From the IMG/VR virus record IMGVR_UViG_3300026302_000005, positions 273,301 through 337,300 of that record: DNA of 64,000 nucleotides. One strand, 5' to 3'. Within the stretch, counting starts at the first letter, position 1; every line of letters starts with the position of its first letter. The translations under genes were made by a program, and so were the position numbers. The DNA comes from a virus. Lineage: Duplodnaviria; Heunggongvirae; Uroviricota; Caudoviricetes. A model generated the notes under the pieces. That model did no database searches. It saw only the letters and a program-made list of their open reading frames with translations, and was not told the origin of the DNA. Of this stretch, positions 55,846 through 64,000 are shown piece by piece.

Positions 55846-56613
55846 TCAATGATTCCTGAGATAGCCGCTGATTACTGCCCACTGAAAGTCTGTAGTTCGA
55901 CAACCACTATCCCGGGCATGTGCAATCATGTGAATGCGGAGTGTATCGGATCGGTTCCATACAGCATGTGTGTTATGGACGTCCAGGAACCGCACATCAC
56001 CTGGAGCCCAAGGGATGATACCCTTACCCTCGATGGCCATATCACAACCTGGTGGGTTGTTCAGACACAGGTTAACCGCAGACATACCCGGACGTGGGGA
56101 ATCACTGTGTGGCAGGATGAACCCACCCGGTTCCAAATACATGAATCGCACCCGAAGGAACTTCTCGAACGGGAATACATCCTGGAACCACTTTGCGGTC
56201 ACTGGTGCCGCTGCACAGGCCACGGTCCACCGGTAGGGGGCTTCCATGACATCCGAATATCCGTATTGATTCGCATCATTGGTCTTGTCATACTCGATGC
56301 CATGCAGTGCTATCGATTTCCACCCGACATGCGATCCGCCACGATGGCCAACCGACCAGGGATACAGGGCCAATCCTTCCTGATACATCTGCTCAAATGG
56401 CGGCTCAATATCCATGCGGACACTGGTGTTGGTGGATTGAGTTCTGATCCATGTGAAGAACTCATCAATCTCCGCTATCGAGAAGTCATCTCGATTCAGC
56501 GGATTGTGCTTGGAGAAGAACCGGAAGAACCGATATCGGGCGACATCATCAGGCTGCGGTGCCCACGGGAGATGTTCGTTTTGGTCAAAGAAGTCGATCA
56601 AACGCTGATCCAT
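55846..56613 (-). CDS. Asp/Asn beta-hydroxylase family 2OG-Fe(II) oxygenase (AspH/LpxO-like)
   Basis: ILPHSDSPRPGMSAVNLCL...FLDVHNTHAVWN...RIHMIAHA aligns with the AspH catalytic-domain HxD...H pattern. Confidence 0.6.
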   Translation of the reverse strand: MDQRLIDFFDQNEHLPWAPQPDDVARYRFFRFFSKHNPLNRDDFSIAEIDEFFTWIRTQSTNTSVRMDIEPPFEQMYQEGLALYPWSVGHRGGSHVGWKSIALHGIEYDKTNDANQYGYSDVMEAPYRWTVACAAAPVTAKWFQDVFPFEKFLRVRFMYLEPGGFILPHSDSPRPGMSAVNLCLNNPPGCDMAIEGKGIIPWAPGDVRFLDVHNTHAVWNRSDTLRIHMIAHARDSGCRTTDFQWAVISGYLRNH

Positions 56614-56631
56614 CAGGTTCCCCGTGCGTAT

Positions 56632-56708
56632 TGGTGCCCCCGACAGGATTCGAACCTGTAACCTTCGGTGTAGGAAACCGATGCTCTATCCAGTTGAGCT
56701 ACGAGGGC
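56632..56708 (-). tRNA. tRNA-Arg (anticodon CCT)
   Basis: Acceptor GCCCTCG/CGGGGGC, D-arm GCTC-AACTGGATA-GAGC, loop TTCCTAC. Confidence 0.75.
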
Positions 56709-56732
56709 ATACGGGGATATTTAGGAACCCTA

Positions 56733-56933
56733 TCAAGGGTTTTCAACCGGCCCTGGGGCGAATTGTGCGAGGAATTGAAGCTCCAACGTATCGTGATGAC
56801 AGATGAGTTCCATACGCTGGTCTTGTTCTGAATCAGTTTCGCCATCACCCCATTCGGCATTGACCTCTCGGGCTCGTGCGGCAAGCTGTAAGGCATATGC
56901 ATTCACAACGTCTCGCAATGCGATGCGGGTCAT
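56733..56933 (-). CDS. small hypothetical protein
   Basis: ORF. Confidence 0.3.
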   Translation of the reverse strand: MTRIALRDVVNAYALQLAARAREVNAEWGDGETDSEQDQRMELICHHDTLELQFLAQFAPGPVENP

Positions 56934-57292
56934 CAGTTTCTCCCAAAGATCATACGTTCGTCGTCTTCATCCGCGAACAGAACCTCACCGGATCGAATGC
57001 GAGCAACAACACTATCGATCACATCACACGCCCCAATCAGATCGGCTTCGTGAATGACGTAGCGGCTACTGTGGGCGGGCCCAATCGGGCCACGACGATA
57101 GACTTCCTGCCACACGATGCGGGCCACCTCGTTTTCGGTTTTCCCGATCATGGTAAACGAATCATACCGCTTGGACTGCTCCAATGCGTGACGGACCAGG
57201 TTGATCCCGATGTGATCGACCAACGCGGTCAGATCACTGGTCGGGGTGACGTTCAGGATGAGGTCGGCCCGAAAGGATGCAATCTCGCCCAT
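56933..57292 (-). CDS. hypothetical protein
   Basis: ORF. Confidence 0.4.
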   Translation of the reverse strand: MGEIASFRADLILNVTPTSDLTALVDHIGINLVRHALEQSKRYDSFTMIGKTENEVARIVWQEVYRRGPIGPAHSSRYVIHEADLIGACDVIDSVVARIRSGEVLFADEDDERMIFGRN

Positions 57293-57771
57293 CAGTTGGT
57301 CCTATCGTTCAATTTGGCGGTGATTTCCATGTAGAACCGCTGATACCGCTCCATACGGGCGATGTCTTTCTCGGTGATCCCTTTGAGGCGGCGGATGTCG
57401 GTGTTGTCCCGAAGGTCGGCCAGTTTGACCAGCATGGCATCGACGTTGCCAAAGACGCCATCTTTGTATTCATCCAGGGTCTGCCCCGGCATCTTGGTCA
57501 AAGCACGGATGCCGTCGATGATACGGTCGGTCATCCCGGCCATAATCAAATCCTGGAAGGTAACACTGGTGTCTTCGATCACATCGTGACCCAGGGCGAT
57601 GCACTGGAGTTCTTCGTCATCGCTTTCCAGATAGGTCATCACCCGCAGCGGGTGGAGGGCATAGGGCTTGCCGCCCTTGTCGAACTGACCGGCGTGGGCG
57701 TTGGTCATGATAACCAGCATTTTGCTCAGAAGTTCGCCACGATTCGCCATGATCATCTCCATTCGTTTCAT
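57292..57771 (-). CDS. HD-domain (p)ppGpp hydrolase-like protein (SpoT/MESH1-type small alarmone hydrolase)
   Basis: HAGQFDKGGKPYALHPLRV ... ALGHDVIEDT motifs. Confidence 0.6.
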   Translation of the reverse strand: MKRMEMIMANRGELLSKMLVIMTNAHAGQFDKGGKPYALHPLRVMTYLESDDEELQCIALGHDVIEDTSVTFQDLIMAGMTDRIIDGIRALTKMPGQTLDEYKDGVFGNVDAMLVKLADLRDNTDIRRLKGITEKDIARMERYQRFYMEITAKLNDRTN

Positions 57772-57805
57772 CCCGTATACAGGGATTCAACTGGGATGTC
57801 AACAC

Positions 57806-58324
57806 CTACATCTCACGCCATGTGCTAGGGTTGCCGTATAGTTTATTGATCATAACACGGTCTTGTGGATCATTAAGTGACCATACAACCCGATTCGCTA
57901 TACCCTCGACATGCTTTGCCCATCCATCGACGACATAGGTATCATCCACGACCGCAAAGTCATGACCATCACAGATGTTGGCGATTTCCGTAGCTTCGGG
58001 GTTATCATCTACCCAGAACCCGCGCACCCGGCCACGGCCAGGTAGGGCCTCGGCCACCATCCGAGCCCAACTGGTGCAGATCGCCCAGTCGCCGCCGTTG
58101 GCTAGGGTTGACGCTTCGCCTTCGTCTTCGTCGGGAATACGGCCACCATAAGCGTCTTCATCCCCAAAGGTCTGCTCCAGCCATGCTTTCAGACTGGGAT
58201 CACCCGGTGGGGGAGCCTGCAATGTATGGAAACGATGGTCGCGGAAACCATTGTCTTCAAGCAGGAGATCGGTCAGGGTTAGGTTCAGGTTCATGCTGGT
58301 ATTTAGACGAATCGGAGGTGGCAT
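57806..58324 (-). CDS. hypothetical protein
   Basis: ORF. Confidence 0.45.
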   Translation of the reverse strand: MPPPIRLNTSMNLNLTLTDLLLEDNGFRDHRFHTLQAPPPGDPSLKAWLEQTFGDEDAYGGRIPDEDEGEASTLANGGDWAICTSWARMVAEALPGRGRVRGFWVDDNPEATEIANICDGHDFAVVDDTYVVDGWAKHVEGIANRVVWSLNDPQDRVMINKLYGNPSTWREM

Positions 58325-58329
58325 GACCC

Positions 58330-58900
58330 ACCCCCGATGGTGCAGTTGATAGGTAGACTAGACCGCCACGCCGCACCCCACCATACCATATCATACCGAA
58401 CCAGACCAGACCGGACCTTGACCGCCTTACCACAACTTACCTCGCCACACCTGTCCATACCACACCATGACCGCCAAACCTTACCAATCCCGACCGGACC
58501 GCGCCTCGACCGCCCCCGCCTTACCATAGCTTACCACACCTACCCACCCCAAACCATAACCGCCCTACCACACCGTGACTAACCTAACCTTCCGTTCCAT
58601 GACCGCCATACCCCGCCTTACCAAACCGCACCTGATCATACCATACCTCGACCGCCTCGCCGTGCCAAACCGCACCGCACCCAACCATACCATACCTCGA
58701 CCGCCTCACCTCACCCCACCACCCTGAACTTATCATACCACACCTTGACCGCCAAACCCTACCTTATATTACCGGACCACACCGGACCATACCCCGACCG
58801 CCAAACCTTACCAATCCCGACCGGACCACGCCTCGACCGCCCCGCCTTACCACACCTATCCGCCCCAAACCACGACCGCCGTGACCAATCTGCCCCGACT
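58330..58900. repeat. strand-asymmetric C/A-rich (G-poor on the plus strand) noncoding region with degenerate ACCGCC / CTTACCA repeats and a direct repeat of about 80 bp
   Basis: ccaaaccttaccaatcccgaccggacc[gc]gcctcgaccgcc... occurs at about 58476-58565 and about 58800-58882. No ORFs. Confidence 0.6.
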
Positions 58901-59418
58901 TATGCCGGAACAGAAACACCCGCCTGCTCGATCTGAACCGCAATATCCTCGATGCTGATTGGATCGATATCGCTCATCGTGCAAACCCCACGATATCGCT
59001 TGAGCCACGCCCGTAGGTCCTGAGCGGCCTGTTCATGAAGCTCCTGCTTAATGAACGGATCATCCAGGTCCATTGGCACATACCCACCCCCGGTCGAACG
59101 GGATACCCGGGGTGAGATCACAGCAGGAACTTCCACTTCACGAACCCGAATTGTGCTGGTGATCGTAGGGTTGATCGGTGTCGTCGAGTAGGCGACGGTG
59201 ATCCGCAACCCGGAGACGAACTCTCGTGCCAGCTTCAACCGATACAGTTGTGCAGCATCTTCATCACTGACCGCGAAGAACCAACCATGGGCTTCATGAT
59301 TCGGCTGAGTTTCCAACCAGGAAACGAACTCGGACGGGACATAAATGTCCCGCCCTGTCGCCACCAGATATTCGTCAACGATCCGCTGACGCATGTCTTT
59401 GGTGAATCGTAGTGTCAT
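58900..59418 (-). CDS. hypothetical protein
   Basis: ORF. Confidence 0.45.
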   Translation of the reverse strand: MTLRFTKDMRQRIVDEYLVATGRDIYVPSEFVSWLETQPNHEAHGWFFAVSDEDAAQLYRLKLAREFVSGLRITVAYSTTPINPTITSTIRVREVEVPAVISPRVSRSTGGGYVPMDLDDPFIKQELHEQAAQDLRAWLKRYRGVCTMSDIDPISIEDIAVQIEQAGVSVPA

Positions 59419-60257
59419 GCAGCCCTCCGCTGACGCTCGAAGCGCACCGCTTCCAGAAGCTCTTCTGTGATGTCGTCGAACGGAATCGGATTCCGCATCG
59501 CATCTTCCTGAGCCTCACGGGAACCTTCGGCGACGATCTCGTCCCACTCGTCCTGGAAGGTGGAGTCTTCTGCTGTGGTCACCTGGAAAGTGCCATGGCT
59601 CCCAGCGCCCTTTTCCTGACGGAAGTCGCCGATTCCGACGATGACCCCGGCGTTCGCCACCAGGGAGACGATGGATGATGCGTTCAGCGGTGGGTTGACA
59701 TAGGCGATGTCAAACTCCGAGCACCACTGGGGCAGATACGCACGGGTGCGAACGTCGGGTGTCCGGTTGATGTCTGCGGACCGCACCACGTCCATCTTCA
59801 TGAACGGGACACCCCAGATCGGGATGTGGGACTGCGGGAGGAACACCAGTCGCTTGACCGATGTCTTCGTCACGTTGGGGGTTTCCAGAGCAGCCGTCGC
59901 CATGGCCGCTTTGATGGCCGGTGCAGGGAAGCCGAGGAACGTCGGTCCATCCGAAAGCCGAACGGTGCTGTCCCAGAACTCCTGCTCCGGGTTGTGCTTC
60001 ATCTGAGCGGCCTTTTCGGCGGCAGTTTTCTTGGGAGACCCGAGAAGAAGGTCACGCATGACCTTCGAAGACATGCTGTTGAAATACAGCGGGGTGCGAC
60101 CGATGATCCGAAGCCGGATACGGCCCTGCTTCAACGGATCGATTTCAAGGGTGGTGGTTTTCGTGGTAGACGTAGCCATGGTGTATAGTCCTTGCCTGCC
60201 CATCATGGGGCACTGAGTTGATTTGACTTGGGATTTCCGCGACCTCAAAACCATCAT
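59415..60257 (-). CDS. hypothetical protein (280 aa)
   Basis: ORF. Confidence 0.45.
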   Translation of the reverse strand: MMVLRSRKSQVKSTQCPMMGRQGLYTMATSTTKTTTLEIDPLKQGRIRLRIIGRTPLYFNSMSSKVMRDLLLGSPKKTAAEKAAQMKHNPEQEFWDSTVRLSDGPTFLGFPAPAIKAAMATAALETPNVTKTSVKRLVFLPQSHIPIWGVPFMKMDVVRSADINRTPDVRTRAYLPQWCSEFDIAYVNPPLNASSIVSLVANAGVIVGIGDFRQEKGAGSHGTFQVTTAEDSTFQDEWDEIVAEGSREAQEDAMRNPIPFDDITEELLEAVRFERQRRAA

Positions 60258-60299
60258 ACCGTTTTACTTGGTTTTGACAAGAATCATCTAGCATGACTA

Positions 60300-60809
60300 C
60301 TAAGTTGGTGTCAATGGCATAAACCACCTGGTCTTTCGATCATACCGGATGTGCTGATAGAACTCGTAGAGATCGCTGAATCGCAGGGTGGGCTCAGGAT
60401 GTAACGTGCGAAAGTATTCAGCGATATCTGGATTGGATTCCGCATATCGTGCGGTGTGGGTCACATCCATGTCCTGTTCGATCTTGTAGTCGTATACGGT
60501 CTTGCCGATCCACAGAATGTTCCGATGGGGATCGTAAGTCCGATGATTCTCCACCCGACTTTTTCGGATGAGATCGGCCCGATCATCACCGGTCTTTCGA
60601 TACTTCCGCTTCAATCCATGCAGAAATGCATTGAGAGAAATGCCATGTCGGTATCCGGAGACGTCCACGGCTATTGCTTCGGTTCGGGTGTTGTCTCCCA
60701 GGGTCAACCCCTGGAAGACATATTCGTGCCATACCTCATGGGTGATGGGATCAATCCGCATCAGTTGCAGTTGTCGGTGCCGGTCGCAGCCGACAAGGCA
60801 TTCCCACAT
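60300..60809 (-). CDS. putative zinc metallopeptidase-like protein (HEVWH motif)
   Basis: HExxH motif; located downstream of the LemA-like gene. Confidence 0.35.
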   Translation of the reverse strand: MWECLVGCDRHRQLQLMRIDPITHEVWHEYVFQGLTLGDNTRTEAIAVDVSGYRHGISLNAFLHGLKRKYRKTGDDRADLIRKSRVENHRTYDPHRNILWIGKTVYDYKIEQDMDVTHTARYAESNPDIAEYFRTLHPEPTLRFSDLYEFYQHIRYDRKTRWFMPLTPT

Positions 60810-61357
60810 TCCACGCCGGTTTTGAAGGCGTCTTGAGCACGAGCGGTCGAGATGACCGGGTAGTCGTCCTCGGTGCCCAGCGGATAACCGACGTTGATCG
60901 ACGGATACCCGGCGATGCTCATCCAGGTGCCCTGCCAGAAGGTGCCCAGGGCGGTGATGTAGGCCCGCTTGGCATCGACCAGCTTGGTCTGCTCCGTGGC
61001 AAAATCATTCCGACCAGCCTCGACGATGCGCTGAATCTGCGTATACATGCCCGGGTCGAGATTCGGGAAGGTTTCCTGGATCGCCAGGAAGTTGGCATTG
61101 GCACCATCAGCACCATAGCGGGCCTGCAACGATCCGGTCAGCAGTCCTTCGATCTGCTCGGTCGCAATGGTCGTCACGCCCACGGCTTCGGCAACCTTCT
61201 GACCGTATTGGGCCAGGATGTTCTCGTTGTTCTCGTAGGACGTGTGGATGTGCGCCTCGGCCCGGTTGCCGTAGTTGTAGGCGCTGATGTAGCTGGGAAC
61301 CGACACCAGGGTGACAAGTCCGAAGATGGCACCGGCAGAGATCAGGGCGATTTTCAT
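60761..61357 (-). CDS. LemA-family membrane protein
   Basis: N-terminal TM MKIALISAGAIFGLVTLV; FPNLDP...YN...AGYP resembles the LemA C-terminal region. ATG 61357 has an AAGGAA RBS. Confidence 0.4.
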   Translation of the reverse strand: MKIALISAGAIFGLVTLVSVPSYISAYNYGNRAEAHIHTSYENNENILAQYGQKVAEAVGVTTIATEQIEGLLTGSLQARYGADGANANFLAIQETFPNLDPGMYTQIQRIVEAGRNDFATEQTKLVDAKRAYITALGTFWQGTWMSIAGYPSINVGYPLGTEDDYPVISTARAQDAFKTGVECGNALSAATGTDNCN

Positions 61358-61551
61358 CAGTTGGTTTCCTTCGATTGCTGTGAAAGTTTCCAGCGGATTG
61401 CTGGGTCGTATTTCGGCGGGCAGAACACCAGCCCGAGGATGATGAACACCAGAACAGCGGACCACCCAAGCATAGAACAGATCGCGGTGGCAATCAGGAT
61501 CAGAGCGACTTGGGTCTGCGGGCTGGTGATGTCGGCGAGGTTCTTGAACAT
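61357..61551 (-). CDS. small membrane protein
   Basis: ORF with TM helices. Confidence 0.3.
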   Translation of the reverse strand: MFKNLADITSPQTQVALILIATAICSMLGWSAVLVFIILGLVFCPPKYDPAIRWKLSQQSKETN

Positions 61552-61618
61552 GGGTATTCCTTACGCTGGGTCATGTATCAGGGTTGATCTGCATTTGCAA
61601 GGGGGAACTTTCGTCGGT

Positions 61619-62812
61619 TTAGCTCCGATACCGACGAAAGCTGGAGTGTGAGTTGGAGTGGCCGAAGAAGTCATGCTCGTGAAAGGCATACAGCATTCCA
61701 CCCGCCGCCATGATCGACATGATCGCCATGAAGATGATTGCACCCGTGCTGGGCTCAACCTCATTGGCAAGGTATTCAAACTCTTCCATGGACCGACGTT
61801 CGAAGTGTGTCATGACGACGTTTTGAACGTTGCCCATAAAGGCACTGGCCGATCCCCACCACTCGGGGTTGTCAAGTAGTTCGTCACGCAGGGTCACGTT
61901 GAAGATGTCATACTTGGCCCACGAGTGAATGAACACCCATTCCGGACCAGCCGACACATTGCCCTGTGGGAACCCGGCGACAATCACGATGTCGTTCTTG
62001 TTCGCACCTTCCCATTGGGTCAGCAGCATCTCTGCATATGACGGGTTGCCCGCACTGGTCATGACCAGCACCATGTTGGCTTGCCGTTCCGGCCCGAGGG
62101 TTTTCAAGATTTCCGACAATTCGGCATTCCACGCGGCCAGGGGCTGGGGAAGCTCGACGCCATCCAACAGCACTCGATCCACTCGATAGTGGTCATAGAT
62201 GGCAATGGGATACTCCAAATCAGGAACGCGGCTTTGCTCACCAGCCACCGAAACTTCGCCGGAGTTGAACAGCCCGAAGTTTGCCGCCTTGACGTAATTC
62301 TTGTAGGTATTGGTGCGGCTCACCGGATCACCCGGGCGGATGTCCAGCCACCGCTGGGGATCGGGATACCGGGCAAGACACACACTTTCCCGGGTGCTGG
62401 AGCAGTCAACATGCTTGATGCGAAACTCTCCGATGTTGGACTGTGCATCCCAATACATGTCGGTGCCAGTGTCGTAGCAAGTTTGGCATGTGGTGGATGA
62501 AGAGTTGCCGATCTTGGTAGTGCGACAGTTGCACTGATACGGACGGCGATATTCGTCCAGCGTCCGCGTGGCTCCGGTGATTTCTCCGTTCCAGAGTTCG
62601 GTGTCGGCCATCTGTGCGTATCGACCGGCCTCATACATCCCGTAGGAGAGAACCAGCGACACGACCATACCGCAGGCGATTTCCGGAAGCGTGATTCGCT
62701 TCGGATACAAGAAGTGACCGATCAGCATGGCCACGAAGGGGATAAACGTAATCAGCAAGATGGTCATCAGCGGTTCTCCCGTGCAGCGTTGTTCAATTTC
62801 GCCAAGTCCCAT
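61619..62812 (-). CDS. hypothetical membrane protein (397 aa; TM helices at both termini)
   Basis: ORF. Confidence 0.45.
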   Translation of the reverse strand: MGLGEIEQRCTGEPLMTILLITFIPFVAMLIGHFLYPKRITLPEIACGMVVSLVLSYGMYEAGRYAQMADTELWNGEITGATRTLDEYRRPYQCNCRTTKIGNSSSTTCQTCYDTGTDMYWDAQSNIGEFRIKHVDCSSTRESVCLARYPDPQRWLDIRPGDPVSRTNTYKNYVKAANFGLFNSGEVSVAGEQSRVPDLEYPIAIYDHYRVDRVLLDGVELPQPLAAWNAELSEILKTLGPERQANMVLVMTSAGNPSYAEMLLTQWEGANKNDIVIVAGFPQGNVSAGPEWVFIHSWAKYDIFNVTLRDELLDNPEWWGSASAFMGNVQNVVMTHFERRSMEEFEYLANEVEPSTGAIIFMAIMSIMAAGGMLYAFHEHDFFGHSNSHSSFRRYRS

Positions 62813-63036
62813 TTGGCCTTGGTTGCGATGTCGCTCAAAACCCGCTCAACATGGGTGGGTTGACGTCTCCCGGTCTCAGCGTTATGCCAAACCGTGCTGC
62901 CACCCCGATACTGCACGACACTCGGTTCCAGCAGTCCGAAAAGACGCTGCCACCGCACCGTGATAAGCATGTCCCCGGTAGGGAGAAACTCCACTGTTCC
63001 GGCAGAGTGTTCGACTATCTTATTGGACATCAGCAT
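62767..63036 (-). CDS. hypothetical protein
   Basis: ORF. Confidence 0.3.
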   Translation of the reverse strand: MLMSNKIVEHSAGTVEFLPTGDMLITVRWQRLFGLLEPSVVQYRGGSTVWHNAETGRRQPTHVERVLSDIATKAKWDLAKLNNAARENR

Positions 63037-63500
63037 TTCTCCTGAGGTTTCAACTTACCCGTGGCATTCCGGCGCAGTCTAGCCAACATCGGACTGATTG
63101 TCAAGTTCTGTTTTTCCTTATGCCGGATAACCTCTTCCAACACGAACAGGGTGAACCCGAGACTGGTGACCTGAAATCCCAACTTCTTGGTGGTTGCTTT
63201 GAAGTTGCCAACTGCGATGCTTCCCGGTCGGAACTCATCCGGTATCACCCCGGGCTTCTTCTTGGTCTGCTTCTGGGATTTCTGTAAGGTTGCCTGTTCC
63301 GCCAGGGTATCAAGCTGTGACCGCGTGGCCTCATGCTGTATCCGCATATACCGGTGAATGGCTTCAACCGCCTTCAACGTAAGATCGCCGAAACGGGTTG
63401 TTGTTTTGTCCTGATGTGTCCACACCACGTCATCCAGCTTTCCACCGGCATCCTTGATGAGGTCCCACAGAACACGTTGATACTGTGATTGGATGTCCAT
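63030..63500 (-). CDS. hypothetical protein
   Basis: ORF. Confidence 0.4.
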   Translation of the reverse strand: MDIQSQYQRVLWDLIKDAGGKLDDVVWTHQDKTTTRFGDLTLKAVEAIHRYMRIQHEATRSQLDTLAEQATLQKSQKQTKKKPGVIPDEFRPGSIAVGNFKATTKKLGFQVTSLGFTLFVLEEVIRHKEKQNLTISPMLARLRRNATGKLKPQEKC

Positions 63501-63505
63501 GATGG

Positions 63506-63700
63506 TCAGCCAGCTATACTGAACGAATCGATGTCAGCTTGCAGCTTTTCCATGATCATGTCGCAGACGATCTCATACACATCGTCCGGGTCATCGTCCG
63601 GATCAAGCTGTGCTGTCATGCTGGCAGAGAACCGGGCACTCTCGTAGTTGCCCAGGTTGATCGTCAATGCCCGCTCAATGGTTAGTTCAGATATCCGCAT
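63506..63700 (-). CDS. small acidic hypothetical protein
   Basis: ORF. Confidence 0.3.
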   Translation of the reverse strand: MRISELTIERALTINLGNYESARFSASMTAQLDPDDDPDDVYEIVCDMIMEKLQADIDSFSIAG

Positions 63701-63757
63701 AGGAGTCCTCCATCCGCATCATATATCAACGCGATGGAGAACTACAAGGGGGAATTA

Positions 63758-64000
63758 TCAGCGAGACGCAGCGAGTTTGCGAAGGAGTGCCTTCTGCTGA
63801 TCTACGGACAGTTTGTTGAAGTCATCCAACAGTTTGTCACCGTCTTTCGCAACACGACTGAACGGTCCACCTTCGTGGATACGGTCGATCTCCTGCTCTA
63901 CTTCCTGCTCCTGATCGATAAGGGCTCGTCGAGCAGCTTCACGCTCTTCTGCCGTCAGTGATCCGACATTACGTCCGATACCATGATTGTTGCCCTCATC
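63758..64000 (-). CDS. hypothetical protein, 5' partial (enters from beyond the window end)
   Basis: Open minus-strand frame to the window edge, ending in TGA at 63758-63760. Confidence 0.35.
   Translation of the reverse strand, partial: DEGNNHGIGRNVGSLTAEEREAARRALIDQEQEVEQEIDRIHEGGPFSRVAKDGDKLLDDFNKLSVDQQKALLRKLAASR

Noticed and set aside
58330-58900. Possible CRISPR array
   Set aside because: The repeats are degenerate and not regularly spaced with unique spacers. The composition is strand-biased and low-complexity rather than repeat/spacer.
1-64000. Genome-wide TGA-to-Trp recoding (code 4-like)
   Set aside because: Most genes here terminate at TGA, often in ATGA overlaps with the next start. 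TGA is therefore a genuine stop for the bulk of genes, and the in-frame TGA in the RF-like gene looks gene-specific.

Overview
This 64-kb window is almost certainly part of a large (jumbo-type) bacteriophage or phage-like element from a Gram-negative host. Genes are packed almost entirely on the minus strand, and many neighbours overlap by ATGA/TGATG, the typical arrangement of translationally coupled genes. There is a dense tRNA array (at least 27 parseable minus-strand tRNAs) and a clear phage and translation-related toolkit. The toolkit includes a PG-binding endolysin, an ATP-dependent DNA ligase, a CCA-adding enzyme, a PTH2-like peptidyl-tRNA hydrolase, HNH and GIY-YIG-like homing endonucleases, and an MT-A70 DNA methyltransferase. 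The most unusual observations are listed below.
- An RF-H-like release-factor gene (it keeps the GGQ and PxT motifs but lacks RF domain 1) is interrupted by an in-frame TGA exactly where RF1 has a conserved Trp.
- A Trp-like amber suppressor tRNA (anticodon CTA) sits in the same window.
- A 4-kb stretch (about 1100-5100) has almost no ORFs and is full of noncanonical tRNA-like elements: mismatched halves, D-loop insertions, and a minihelix.
- A phage-encoded ExbB/TolQ-ExbD-like proton-channel pair lies next to Pro-rich membrane proteins.
- A PnuC-NadR NAD+ salvage pair, a macro-domain protein, SAM synthetase MetK, a flotillin-NfeD (YqiK-YqiJ-like) operon, an SbmA/BacA-like transporter and an Asp/Asn beta-hydroxylase-like oxygenase are also encoded.
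- A secreted NucA-like nuclease is followed by an acidic putative inhibitor.
- A 570-bp strand-asymmetric C/A-rich repeat region is noncoding.
All coordinates, anticodons and functional calls come from manual reading of the sequence and translations. Start codons in particular are uncertain.
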